Shown: positions 25,755-39,491, counted from the stretch's first letter. The stretch is DNA of 64,000 nucleotides from Mytilus edulis (GCF_963676685.1 NC_092349.1:21948001-22012000); one strand, 5' to 3'. Notes: a model not told the origin generated them from the sequence alone. Made by a program: numbers and translations.

Positions 25755-27844
25755 TCAGAATGAAATACAGAACAAGAAGGATGTTTATCAACGTATTTAC
25801 TCGAAATAAATAACGCAATTTGAAAATTGATTTATTCGTATTATTGTAAAAAGATAGTAACAGTCCTAATTCCATGCACAAGAAAGTGACAATTTCATAT
25901 CTTCTCTCACTTATAAACTGGTTAAGTTGTGCTATAAATCTGTCATTTCATACTGATAAGGCGACCGATAATATTACTTAACTAACAGATGTTTTAACAC
26001 AAAATTGTAAAACTTTGAAAGTTTTAGGAAAATGCACAGGAACATTTGGGGTTGACCCTCCGCCATTTTTTTCTAAATTTAAATAAAAAATATTTTGGAA
26101 ATATTCTTTGAAGTATCCTGCCTCTCAAGATTTATTTGAAAACTAATTATTTTTATATATGGTTTTTGAATTATTTTCATCTTGCAATTTATTGAAAAAA
26201 TTAAATTTTGTAAAAAAAATCAAAATCACATATATATATAATGAAAAAAAGATACTTTTCTAGATTGGTATTGTGTATTTCATTTTTATCCCTTCTTGCA
26301 ACAATTGTCACCTATAGATAATAGAGAAACCATGTGGTGTCTGTGAACTAACATAATATAATTGACGTGACAGTTTAATTTGAAAATATGGTGTTTTCTT
26401 AGTGGTGCAAGAGATAAGTTCGCTTTTTATTCAACATCATGTTGATGCAAATTCTTGGGCTTAGTTCATAGACTGGTAAATAAAAATATTTGTAATAATC
26501 AATACCACATAATTTCACAGATGCTAGGTTTTAAGTTCAGTAATTATGTTGATTGCATTTGTCCAACTTAACTTGTAATATAAGGTATAACATACGACCA
26601 GGTCTGCTCCAGTTCTTAACTTGTTCGTTAGATTATAAAGATAAATATCACCATAAGGGTAAATAAAACCACCTCGTATCTAGTCACAAAAGAGGGTAAA
26701 ACTCATGAGCATTGACATAAACATCCTTTCAACTTAGTACCATCGATCGTGTACGAAAAATTTATGTGAAGTTATAATATCTTATCGAAAATTCGAGCTG
26801 AAGGTTAAGATGGTTGTTGAAAGACAGGTAGGCCGTTTAATATCTATCTGTGACATGTATATATGTATATCATCTCAATTCTTAACTTATGTATCCTAAC
26901 CTGAACTGTCAATAAGGATAACTTTCACTGTTTGTACTTTAATTGATATTAAGTTTTACAAGAATTCAATCGGAGTATTTTTAAGCATTGTTGGTTTGAG
27001 GCCTAAAATATGTTTTGTTAATTTCGAAGAGTATCAGGATTATCTTTAATGTATTATTTAGGTGTACGAAAAAGTGTTAAGCTTACCTATTACACAACTC
27101 TCCACCAAAAACCAAACGACTTAGAAGTTGACTGTAATAGGTTGCATGTTTACCAAAGTGTTATTCAATATACAATGACCATATAACTTGGCCAATATTG
27201 TGATTACATATTTTAACTATAACCCTTGAGAACTAGATTTTAATGGATTGACAGCGCCAAATGTCATCATTTTGATAAAGAGTTGATGAATTTACCCGTT
27301 TCCCTAAGTTTTAGTTTGTTACCCCGATTTTGTTTTTTGTCCATGGATTTATGAGTTTGAACAGCGGTATACTACTGTTGCCTTTATTAATCAAGCAATG
27401 CAGCAAATAACAAGGGGAGATTTGGAATCATAAATCAAGGAAGGACACAAAAGGAACACGACGACAAGACAACACCTACAAAAAACAAAGTACATGTGTT
27501 ACTCCTGTGCTCTGCAGAAGGTTAATTATTTATCTTGCTCTTATTTCAATTGGTATACGAATGTCCTACCACAGAAAAAGGTAACCTGTCAGAAAAGTGC
27601 ATAATCCGTAGTCGAAGTCGGTTATATGAAATTGTCTATTGACTTCGGCTGTTGTCTGCTCTATGGTAAGGTTGTTGTCGCTTTGACACATTCCTCATTT
27701 CCATTCTCAATTTTATAATTAAAAAAAACTAGTAATAATATACTGAACGAAATTAGTTTGATCTATGACACAAAATAAATTTACAATTATTAACAAAGGG
27801 GATGAGATGTATAAAAAAATATACGGTAGACAACGATGGTTCAC

Positions 27845-28150
27845 ATCCCTTAGTAAATATTACGGACGCCATCACGAGTTGGTTGACCGTTATGTAATAA
27901 CCGTTTCACAGATGATATCGGAACTGTTCCTTATGTCGTCACTACAATCCCTTTTCCTTTGTTATGTATGTGACCTATCTAATTAGACTATTTACCGGAT
28001 TTGTAATAACATAAGCAACACCACGGGTGCCACATGTAGAGCAGGGTCTGGTTACCCTTCCAGAGCACCTGAGATCACAAGCAGTTTTTGCTGGGGTTCG
28101 TGTTATTTAGTCTTCAGTCATGGCGTTGTCAATTTGTTTTCGATCTATTT
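27845..28150 (+). mobile_element. Penelope-like element C-terminal and 3' fragment
   Basis: SLSKYYGRHHELVDRY matches SLRKFYGRHHELVDRF at 29.6 kb, followed by the same 3' sequence. Confidence 0.8.
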
Positions 28151-29289
28151 TGACGGAACTGAAGAGAAACGTTATTGCCACACTAGCTACTAAGCAAAGG
28201 TGGTATATATCAAAAGCAGTAACACGAGATATAAGCGAAAATAACTAAAATGCATTTCCAATAGTATCGCATTCAAAGTAACACGAAATTACGATTTGAG
28301 AGTACTGGCAGTTATTGAAAGGTAGCTAAAGCATGAAACAATTAATAATAACAACTCAAGCTTCGAAGCCTAAAATCAACTTAAATAAATAAAACGGATT
28401 TTTTGTTTTACGTCATGGATACTCAAGGACGACATGACTTGTGCAATGTCAAAATAAAAGTATCAACAAGCAGTAGGATAGTTAGGAATTAACCTGTTTG
28501 GTATATATGCATAACTCTATATATATATCAAGGGATCTCAGTATAGAAAATAAACGTGAATGTGTATTTATACATCCTTAAGAATACAAATTTAGTTTTG
28601 TTTTAATTTGTTGATGAAAAAAATCGGTACTAGTGCCAAGGTTAACAATATTCAGAGATCATATTACAACATTGATAAGATAATCTTTACTAATAAGTTC
28701 GTATAATGTTCGTTGTGTTTACACGGACCACATCATCATTACCATTATTTTTACCACTTTTTGTGCAATATTACCGTAGAATTAGGGATGTGAAATACCG
28801 ATTTTAATAAGTTTTATAGAGGAACATTTATTTAATGGTTTAAGTAATTTATGGTTACGAAATGACTTTATAATTTACCATTGATGCATTGATTATAATT
28901 GTTCAAATATATGACATCACTACATACAAGGGCATAACAAACGAGTTGGGATGTATAAACACTGTATTATGGAACCAATGAACATCACCGTCTTGGAAAT
29001 TACAAAATAGAAAGTCCCTTATCAAATGGCAAAATTAACAGCTCAAACATATCAAAAGAATGGATAACAATTGTCATATTTCTGATTTGGTACAGGCAAT
29101 TTTTCATACAACCATTTAATTAATAAAAACAAAATATTTCTTGATCATATTGTGTGGAAGTGTAGTGAAGACAGTTAACAAATCTTAACTCTCAACAGAG
29201 GTAAAAGGACCATCAAAAGCATGCATTTTATCTAAAACCTCAAACTAATTTTTAATTCTCCAAAAATAATTAATATTATTTCCATAAAA

Positions 29290-30200
29290 AAGGGACGAAA
29301 GATACCAGAGGGACAGTTAAACTCATAAATAGAAAATAAACTCACAACGCCTGGTTAAAAATAAAAAGACAAACAGATAATCAATAAAACACATGAAACA
29401 ACATAGAAAACTAAAAATAAGCAACAAGAACCACACCAAAAAATAGGGGTAATCTCAGGTGCTCGTGAAGGGTAAGCAGATCCTGCTCCATATGTGGCAC
29501 CCGTCGTGTTGCTTATGCTATTAAAAATCTGGTATATAGTCTAATTCGGTAGGTTACATTCATGAAAGGGAATGGGATTGTAGTTACGACGTAAGGAACA
29601 TATCCGATATCATTTGTAAAACGGTTATTCCAAAACGGTCAACCAACTCGTGATGGCGTCCGTAAAATTTACGAAGGGATGATTTCAACTTCACAATTTG
29701 GAACTCTAGGTTTAATAGCTTCCTTGTGAGCAGCGACCCTCTATCAGGAAAATCATTATAGGAAATGCAAGCACGGGAATATCGTATCAATTGGGAGATA
29801 CATACCCCGTATGCAGGTACTGCTGGAATGTTGCTACTTAGAAATGAAACTTTCACAATTGGAAAGCTGAAATCATCTCTTTTGTCGTAAAGCTTTGTTT
29901 TCAACCGACCCTCATTGTCAATTTCTAGATATAAGTCAAGATATGAGGCCGACTTAATTGTATTTGTTGTATCCCTTATTTTTAGTTCGATGGGATAGAT
30001 GCGTTCAACATAGTCACCAAATTTTGAATTATTTATTGAAAAAACGTCATCTATATAGCGGAAAGTAGAGTTAAAGAATATCGCTAATTTCTTATCTTCC
30101 TAAGACGTTCCTGTATGAAGTTAGCCTCATAATAATAAAGAAACAAGTCGGCAAGAAGAGGGTCACAATTGGTTCCCATTGGAATGCCGACAGTCTGTTG
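29290..30200 (-). mobile_element. 5'-truncated, frameshifted Penelope-like element (RT C-terminal half plus 3' region)
   Basis: QQTVGIPMGTNCDPLLADLFLYYYE, RYIDDV, KLYDKRDDFSFPIV...PAYGV.ISQLIRYSRAC...KFYGRHHELVDR; no endonuclease follows the RT, consistent with the N-terminal-EN group. Confidence 0.9.
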
Positions 30201-31219
30201 CAAACCAGCTTTATTACAAAAAATAATAAAAAATGTTTTGATAGTAGTAAGGAATGTTCTCAAAAGCACTGACATATTAATGGTTATGCACTTACTTGAG
30301 GCAGAGATGAATATAAAAAAGTAAAATCACAAAAATACTGAACTCCGAGGAAAATTCAAAACGGAAAATACCTATTAATTAAATGGCAAAATCAAATGAT
30401 AAAGCACATCAAACGAATGAACAGCAACTGTCATATTCCTGACTTGGTACAGGCAAATTTAGACGGTTGTGTGTGTACTTCATGTAACCGGGACATTGTT
30501 GGGACTTTCAAATATTCGGAAGAGGCTTTAAGCTGGGTAGTGGCAGTGGTATGCTTGTTTATAAATGTAGCGTACAGACCTGATTGAAGAAGATCTTATA
30601 ATTTCGTTGTGGAAAACTTCCGTGTAGTATATGAGTCACACCACCACTTTATTATTGGCTAATTTTTTCTGCCGGTTCGAGTACAAACCGCTTTTCAAGT
30701 AACTATAACACGTTATTGAGATAATTTACATCGTCAGTACCTACGATCTGTACTTTAAGGCCATTGTGTATTATTTGTGAAGTTGATACGAAATATATAT
30801 CACCATGTCTTGGTATAGTCCGATGAACTTATTTAGAAAAAGTACGATACGTTCTTTAACAAAACTCTGGTTTATCAACTTTTTGTTAAAGAACCTGGTG
30901 ACGTTTTACTAAGTCTGAGTAGCAGCTGCAAGCTCTAAAGTATCGAATGAATTGGGAAATTTGTATTTTTTCGTAGAGTACATTGTTTGGTTTCCCGTTC
31001 TTTATTTCGGAGAATCTTAACCATATGTTGCCGATATTGTTTTTAGTTGAATATCAGAGGGATTCATTTGAAAACGCATAAATTTTCTATCTAAGTAGAG
31101 AAAATGGTTCTTGAAATATATTTTATCAAATAACATTAATTAAGTTAAATTAAATATACTTTTTTTCTACAATTGAAGCTATATAATATCCATAAAAGTT
31201 TTCAATCTAGACTTTTATA

Positions 31220-32690
31220 GAGAGACGTACAAAGGGTATATGACAATATTAAAGAGACGTACAAAAGGTATAAGACAACATTGAAGAGACTTACACAAGG
31301 TATATGACGATATTGAAGAGACCTACACAAGGTATATGACGATATTAGAGTGACGTACAAACGGTATACGACGATATTGAAGACACGTACAAAGGGTATA
31401 TGACAATATTAAAGAGACGTACAAAGGGTAAATGACGATATTGAAGAGACGTACAAACGGTATATGACGATATTGAAGAGACGTACAAAGGGAATATGAC
31501 GATATTGAAGAGACCTACACAAGGTATATGACGATATTAGAGTGACGTACAAACGGTATACGACGATATTGAAGACACGTACAAAGGGTATATGACAATA
31601 TTAAAGAGACGTACAAAGGGTAAATGACGATATTGAAGAGACGTACAAACGGTATATGACGATATTGAAGAGACGTACAAAGGGAATATGACGATATTGA
31701 AGAGACGTACAACGGGTATATGACAATATTGAAGAGACGTACAAAGGGTATATGCCAATATTGAAGAGACGTACAAAGGGTATATGACAATATTGAAGAG
31801 ACGTACAAAGGGTATATGACAATATTGAAGAGACGTACAAAGGATATATGACAATATTAAAGAGACGTACAAAGGGTATATGACAATATTGAAGAGACGT
31901 ACAAAGGGTAAATGCCAATATTGAAGAGACGTACAAAGGGTATATGACAATATTGAAGAGATGTACAAAGGGTATATGACAATATTAAAGAGACGTACAA
32001 AGGGTATATGACAATATTGAAGAGAAGTACAAAGGATATATGACAATATTGAAGAGACGTGCAAAGAGTATATGATGATATTGAAGAGACGTACAAAGGG
32101 TATATGACAATATTGAAGAGACGTACAAAGGATATATGACAATATTGAAGAGACGTGCAAAGGGTAAATGACGATATTGAAGAGACGTACAAACGGTATA
32201 TGACGATATTGAAGAGACGTACACAGGGAATATGACGATATTGAAGAGACGTACAAAGGGTATATGACGATATTGAAGAGACGTACAACGGGTATATGAC
32301 AATATTGAAGAGACGTACAAAGGGTATATGCCAATATTGAAGAGACGTACAAAGGGTATATGACAATATTGAAGAGATGTACAAAGGGTATATGACAATA
32401 TTAAAGAGACGTACAAAGGGTATATGCCAATATTGAAGAGACGTACAAAGGGTATATGACAATATTGAAGAGATGTACAAAGGGTATATGACAATATTAA
32501 AGAGACGTACAAAGGGTATATGACAATATTGAAGAGAAGTACAAAGGGTATATGATGATATTGAAGAGACGTACAAAGGGTATATGACAATATTGAAGAG
32601 ACGTACAAAGAATATATGACAATATTGAAGAGACGTACAAAGGATATATGACGATATTGAAGAGAAATGTCAAAGGAAATGACAATATTG
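31220..32690 (+). repeat. 32-bp minisatellite, ~45 units, consensus GACAATATTGAAGAGACGTACAAAGGGTATAT
   Basis: Directly visible periodicity; a 192-bp (6-unit) higher-order repeat is marked by ACCTACAC at 31321 and 31513. Confidence 0.97.
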
Positions 32691-33237
32691 AAGAGATACT
32701 AGTATGCAGAAGGTCCATGACAATATCAATGTGGCTTTGGGTCTGAAATAAAATCCATATGATTTTCAAGTAATTTTGTAAGATCTAGACCAACTATTAT
32801 CTGCTACTTCAAAATCGAGCAATCTTATAGAGACATGCATCACGAAATGACAATATTGATGAGACAGGCATAAGGAAATGACATTGACTATTGTAGGGAA
32901 ATGCAGATGAAAATGACAATATTGAAGAGATATGCAAAAGGAAATGACAATCTAAAGTAGACATACACAAGGAAAGAACAATATTAATGAGGCATTCACA
33001 AAAAATAATATTGAAGAGACATGCAGATGTAAATGACAATATTAAAGAGAAAAGCAAAAGGAAATGCTACATTATCAGCAAATTACAATAATTCAAATGT
33101 TTTGACACCTTTGTTTATCATTTAAATACTTAGAACTAACCGCTTACTTAACTGGAAAACAGACCCCTCCCGAAAGGATATCGTGTAACAATTCCTATAT
33201 CCTTTATCCGTTTCCGCTTCCGCTTCACTTAATTTAC

Positions 33238-33296
33238 TATATATAGACCATTAAATGCTACTCGTCTGTATCAAGAACTTTGTGTTATAGATACAG
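33238..33296 (+). promoter_or_regulatory. TATA box and putative non-coding exon 1 of paralog 4
   Basis: TATATATA 33238-33245; donor ACAG|GTATGT at 33296/33297. Confidence 0.6.
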
Positions 33297-33616
33297 GTAT
33301 GTTAAATAAACTTTATGTTAATGCAATTACTAATATATTTAGAAACAAATTTTCTAGCTTATATCAATCCGAGTAATTTTTTCAAGATGAATTTGTTTTA
33401 CGGATATGTGATACACAAGGTTGTTAAAACCAACTGCACAATTTTTGTGAATATTCAAACTAGAAACAGAAACAAACTGCTAATGGTATATAAGCCTAAT
33501 CTTTTTATCAGACCTGTTTGGCTACTCGGTATTGTTTGAAATCCAAGTACAGTTGAATAATAGACAGTGGAAAGTGAGTTGAATGAGTTAATATAAACAT
33601 ATTCATTTCAATTAAA

Positions 33617-33877
33617 CAGGACTACCTTTGACGCATCATGAGAGCCTACATTTGTGTTTGTTTCATCTTATTTTATTTTACAGGACTACCTTTGACGCAT
33701 CATGAGAGCCTACATTGGTGTTTGTTTCATCTTATTACATATTTTACAGAACTACCTTTGATGCATCATGAGAGCCTACATCGGTGTTTGTTTCATCTTA
33801 TTTTATTTTACAGGACTACCTTTGACGCATCATGAGAGCCTACATCGGTGTTTGTTTCATCTTATTATGTTTGACAG
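33617..33877 (+). repeat. Four tandem 64-66 bp copies of the acceptor plus signal-peptide exon (paralog 4)
   Basis: ATGAGAGCCTACAT at 33638, 33702, 33768 and 33832; only the last is followed by a GT donor. Confidence 0.95.
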
Positions 33878-35449
33878 GTGAGTTAAATTATCCGTAGAGT
33901 GTTTTTCGTTTCTATATTTTATATAGATTTGACCGTTGGTTTTCCTGTTTGAATGGTTTTGCACTGGTAATTTTTAGGGCCTGTTTAAGCTTACTGTTCG
34001 GTATGAGCAAAGGCTCCATGTTGACGACCGTACATTGACCTATAATGGTTCATTTTTACAAATTTTGACTTGAATGGAGGGTTGTTTCGTTAACAATCAT
34101 ACCACATCTTCTTAGACATGTTATATCTATTGACAAAATTAACCATGATTCCCCTTTGAAACAAAGCTGATCAAATTATTCTAATTTACTACGTATGAAC
34201 ATGAAATTTATTATGTCTCCAGCATCCATATCTTATATGTTAACTGTTCGAAAGCAATTCCTATTCTAACCAACTGCGTCCTGAATCGCTCTCAGAGTAT
34301 CCTGACAGATGTCCTCAGCGTTGTTAATCACTTTTTAAAATGTATGAACATTATTGTAACAGGTTTAGTAATTTCTTTTTTGGTCCATATTCAGACTTCA
34401 TTGTCAGATTTTTATAAATGTGATCATAGTAGCATGCTCTTCTTCTTCGACTCTCTCTTTCAAACCGGTCAAATCCATAACTAGCTCCAATCTTATACAT
34501 TTGGTTATAGTTTCATTTACACTCACCAATTTCTACATATGACTTAGAGATCAGGCTGCTTAGCCCAATATATATAGATTTGCTTGTATTGTGTACTTGA
34601 TAGTCTTCATCTAAAATTTGACTTAACGACCAGCTTAACCAACAGTAAGGTTACGAATTGAATCACTTGAAATGAACACGTTTGCGCTTTTAATATATAT
34701 TACAGTGTTTTAGTTCTCAATGAGTCAAATATACATTTGAAAAAAGGACATGGAATTATAAACACCAATCCATACTTTATATTAGAAAACATTTGATGCA
34801 GATATTAACATTAATCATTTAAGTATTCCATAAGCTCGTATAACATTAATCCATGTTTTTGCTGAAATTAATCGGCACAAACTTACAATACGGTAACTGA
34901 AGCGCATTTTGATAAACAATATTTTACAGTGAAACTCGAGATCTCGAGATCTAATAATAAAAGAAACATCATAGAGCTGATACAACCGTTTATGAACATA
35001 AAAATAGTCAAAAATTTAACAGGATTCTTACCTGGGGGTTAATCAGTCTTTGATTTCACAAATTTTAATAAATGAAATTCCATATGCTAGTAGTCCTTTC
35101 TAATTTTATGACAGTAAACACTTTATAGCAACTTGTGATTCCAATGGAAAGATTCACTATTTTGATTTTACTTAATCTATTGATGTAAGTATTAACACTT
35201 TGTAAAAATAAATAACATTTCTGAATTTTTATTCGTTACCTGATACTCATAATATTGTTTTAACAATTGACTGTAATTTCTCTTATAGGATTTGAGTATA
35301 CTGACGCTGCAAAAAAGTGTTTTAGTATGGTTGACTGTGGAATCTTTGCTGGTGGTTGCAAGCCATACTGTGTTGAAAAATTATGTGTCGGTACAGCAGA
35401 ATGCGTCGGAAACATGGAGTGCTGCTGTGGAGGTTGTATATTTGGATAA
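33832..35449 (+). CDS. Secreted 10-Cys peptide, paralog 4 (68 aa precursor)
   Basis: Exons 33832-33877 (G|gtgagt) and 35289-35449. MRAYIGVCFILLCLTGFEYTDA-AKKCFSMVDCGIFAGGCKPYCVEKLCVGTAECVGNMECCCGGCIFG*. Confidence 0.9.
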
Positions 35450-35757
35450 TCAGAAGAGAAATACAGGACAAGAAGATCATTTACCAACTTATTTACCCGC
35501 AATAAATCATGCAATTTGAAAATTGTTTTATTAGTTTTAATAAAAGTGAATATATAGTAAATAAAAATAATTGAAATAATACATACATCACAGTTTCACC
35601 GATGCTTGTATTTAAGATCATTGATTATGTTGATTGTATTTATCCAATTAAACATACAATAAAAGATATTACATACAATCAGGTCTGCTCAAATTCTTGA
35701 CTAGTTCGTTAAATTCATATTTTTAGACAAACATTATCCCTACCACACATAGAAATG

Positions 35758-35965
35758 AGGGGTCTCGGTGGCCGAGTGGTCTAGTTAGTAACTACTGTAA
35801 TGAGGGCTGTGAGTTCGAACCCCGCTCGTGTGGATGCACTCGATTCCAATCTAAATTTCCAGGGTTGTCAGTTTCAATATCGAAGGTCGGTGATTTTCTC
35901 CGGGCAGTCGAAAAAGCCCAAAATTGGCACTTAAAAGGAGGGTTAAACACCAACAATCAATCAAC
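35758..35965 (+). mobile_element. tRNA-derived SINE
   Basis: A box TGGCCGAGTGG, B box GAGTTCGAACC, 3' tail ...AAACACCAACAATCAATCAA; does not close as a cloverleaf. Confidence 0.75.
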
Positions 35966-37764
35966 ACATATAAAAAAACGGTCTTACTTGGATTCAAAAC
36001 AAAAAATAATGACCAACATAGATACAATTGTCTTGTTTAAGGGACATGTTATCAATATTCTGAATACAAAACTAATTTGATTAAAACAAACTAACATAAA
36101 CAAGAATCTAGATTTTTCAAATGACAGCATAATTGTTACATTTAGCATGCTCAGGGAAACAACGGTGGTCATCGATTAATCAATCTGTACCTCTATTCAT
36201 ACAAGACTGATGTCATATGGAAGCCTCTTAAAATAATGAAAGAAATCTAGCTTTATCATTGAAATTTACTGTCCATAAAGAGGTGTACTATTACTGATTG
36301 ATTTAAAGTTAAGTGACAATGTGTATCGCATTATGAAATAATAGATACAACAGATATTTTAAGTTCTGCCTCAAATCTTACATCTGGAAAATAGAGAATG
36401 AGGGTCGATTGACACAAAATATAACGACCAAAATATGATCTTGGATTACCAACTTGGAACGTTCCATTTCAGACGCCCGTAGTACATATGTATCTCTCTG
36501 CTGGTAAATTATTTCAGACCTTGTATTTCCCATCAAGATTTTTGATAGATTGTTGTGGTTTTAAGGAAGATATGAAAATGACCAATCCAACTGGTTAAGT
36601 TTTACTCATTCCTTTGGAAATTGTATGGACAACATTACGAGTTGATTGACCATTATGGTATATATGTTTGACAGGTGGCGTCTGTAGCGTCGGATGTGTC
36701 CTAAATATTGTATCCACAATCCCGTTCTGTAGTAAAAGAGGGACGAAAGATATCAAAGGGACAGTCAAACTCATAAATCTAAAACAAACTGACAACGCCA
36801 TGGCTAAAAATGAAAAAGACAAACAGAAAAACAATAGTACACATGACACAACATAGAAAACTAAAGAATAAACAACACGAACCCCACCAAAAACTAGAGG
36901 TGATCTATCGTGTTTTATACCTTAGTATTTATCATTCGGTTATTTAGTGGGTATGAGGGTAAGGCTTTGTCAGATTGTCTTTGATTTATGATTTTTAATA
37001 TTTCTTATGTATCTCCTTTCTCTATTTTTAAGTATGCATCAAATGTCAAAATCCTATTAATAACCTGACATCTTTCGTGAAACAATTGAAAATGACCAGT
37101 CTTAAATTATCTCATTTTTGTATATGTATGAACAGAAAAAGGACGATAAAGATTTCCCATCTTTATACTAGATACCTAAATATATACTAGTATACACGAT
37201 TTATTAACTGGTTGTCTTCTTTTTTACTAAGAATCTGGCTTAAATTCTAGCTACAACTCTTTCTACCGTTTAATATGAGCTGAACAAATATGATATAATG
37301 TCGAAAAAAAAAATCTTAAAGTTTATCAAAAAATAATTTCATCATAATCATTGCAATTTTCTAGCTATAACACACATTTTTAATATTATTCAAATTTTTA
37401 ATTTACATTTAAGGCCATTTATGGAATCCTTTGAAAGTACACTATGAATAACACCCGATGTATGCACGCAAGCCACTTGATTCTTCGTGGTAGTATATCT
37501 GCCTTTCAAATTTTATTTAAGCTTTCTGGAAAGCAAAAATCGATAAACAACAGATTAACAGTCCTATATTTGTTTTTTTTGTTTGTCTGGTAGTTTTTTG
37601 TTTGGTTTCAATATATTGTGTCTAGTTGTAGGATTTAGAATCCTTTTATTTAAATCATTATCTGCACAGAAACGTTAAAATGAATACAATTCATAAGTCG
37701 TAGAGAAAAAGATTGTCATAAAGGAGGGGCGAAAGCTACCAGAGGGACATTGAAACTCATAGAT

Positions 37765-38890
37765 CGTACAAAGGGTATATGACAATATTAAAGAGACGTA
37801 CAAACGGTATATGACGATATTGAAGAGACGTACAAAGGGAATATGACGATATTGAAGAGACGTACAAAGGGTATATGACGATATTGAAGAGACGTACAAC
37901 GGGTATATGACAATATTGAAGAGACGTACAAAGGGTATATGACAATATTAAAGAGACGTACAAAGGGTATATGACAATATTGAAGAGACGTACAAAGGGT
38001 ATATGACGATATTGAAGAGACGTACAACGGGTATATGACAATATTGAAGAGACGTACAAAGGGTATATGACAATATTGAAGAGATGTACAAAGGGTATAT
38101 GACAATATTAAAGAGACGTACAAAGGGTATATGACAATATTGAAGAGACGTACAAAGGGTAAATGCCAATATTGAAGAGACGTACAAAGGGTATATGACA
38201 ATATTGAAGAGATGTACAAAGGGTATATGACAATATTAAAGAGACGTACAAAGGGTATATGACAATATTGAAGAGAAGTACAAAGGGTATATCGTCGCTG
38301 GGCTTCTAAAATGTCGTATATGACTTTTTTGGCTAAAAATACTTTTTGACACCAATGGTCTGGGCGGGAGGAAATCTTTGGTATTACAAAATAGCATACA
38401 GTTAGACCAATCAAAATGTGTGAAATAAGACATATTACAAAATTGCCAATGTCAGTTCTTTGTAAAGTTTGCTTCAAAAATGTTGTATGAAAACTTGAAA
38501 ATCGTTGTAGAATGGCTTTGGGGAAAAAATAATTGTACATTTCTTTATTTCTGTGAAAATCATTTAAGTTCTTGGATAATCCAGAAATGTCAAAGTTTTT
38601 ATTTCACTGCTATTTACAAAAATGTTCAAGTTCACATACGACATTTTGGAAGCATGCATTTTGCCAAAATTTTCAAAGCCTGTTTGTGAGATATTTTTTT
38701 CTTGAAAAAATTGTTATTTACAACATTTTAGAAGCCCAGCGACGATATGATGATATTGAAGAGACGTACAAAGGGTATATGACAATATTGAAGAGACGTA
38801 CAAAGGATATATGACAATATTGAAGAGACATACAAAGGGTATATGACGATATTGAAGAGAAATGTCAAAGGAAATGACAATATTGAAGAG
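37765..38890 (+). repeat. Second 32-bp minisatellite block, interrupted by a MITE
   Basis: Same consensus as 31220-32690. Confidence 0.95.
38293..38744. mobile_element. 452-bp MITE (non-autonomous DNA transposon)
   Basis: TIR CGTCGCTGGGCTTCTAAAATGT / ACATTTTAGAAGCCCAGCGACG, flanked by ATAT on both sides; empty site at 32550-32553 in the other duplicate. Confidence 0.92.
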
Positions 38891-39432
38891 ATACTAGTAT
38901 GCAGAAGGTCAATGACAATATCAATGTGGCTTTGGGTCTGAAATAAAATCCATATGATTTTCAAGTAATTTTGTAAGATCTAGACCAACTATTATCTGCT
39001 ACTTCAAAATCGAGCAATCTTATAGAGACATGCATCACGAAATGACAATATTGATGAGACAGGCATAAGGAAATGACATTGACTATTGTAGGGAAATGCA
39101 GATGAAAATGACAATATTGAAGAGATATGCAAAAGGAAATGACAATCTAAAGTAGACATACACAAGGAAAGAACAATATTAATGAGGCATTCAAAAAAAA
39201 TAATATTGAAGAGACATGCAGATGTAAATAACAATATTAAAGAGAAAAGCAAAAGGAAATGCCACAATATCAGCAAATTACAATAATTCAAAAGTTTTCA
39301 CACTTTTGTTTATCATTTAAATACTTACAACTAACAGCTTACTTAACTGGAAAACAGACCCCTCCCGAAAGGAGATCGTGTTACAATCCCTGTATCCTTT
39401 ATCCGTTTCCGCTTCCGCTTCACTTAATTTAC

Positions 39433-39491
39433 TATATATAGACCATTAAATGCTACTCGTCTGTATCAAGAACTTTGTGTTATAGATACAG
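39433..39491 (+). promoter_or_regulatory. TATA box and putative non-coding exon 1 of paralog 5
   Basis: Duplicate of 33238-33296; donor ACAG|GTATGT at 39491/39492. Confidence 0.6.

Noticed and set aside
31220-32690. CRISPR-like 32-bp periodicity
   Set aside because: Head-to-tail repeats with no unique spacers, no cas genes, eukaryotic context.
31515-32769. Long Cys/Tyr-rich minus-strand ORFs (up to 271 aa), also at 37675-38540
   Set aside because: Translations of the 32-bp satellite in all three frames; no splice or promoter support.
5924-35449. Site-specific Cys codon conservation across paralogs (6 of 10 positions invariant) and positive selection
   Set aside because: Only four distinct sequences and a TGT-biased genome; paralogs 3 and 4 also show 6 purely synonymous codon changes, so neither claim is supportable by eye.
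35758-35835. Possible tRNA genes (also at 41978 and 55510-55615)
   Set aside because: A and B boxes are present, but there is no proper acceptor/anticodon stem and SINE-type bodies and tails follow.
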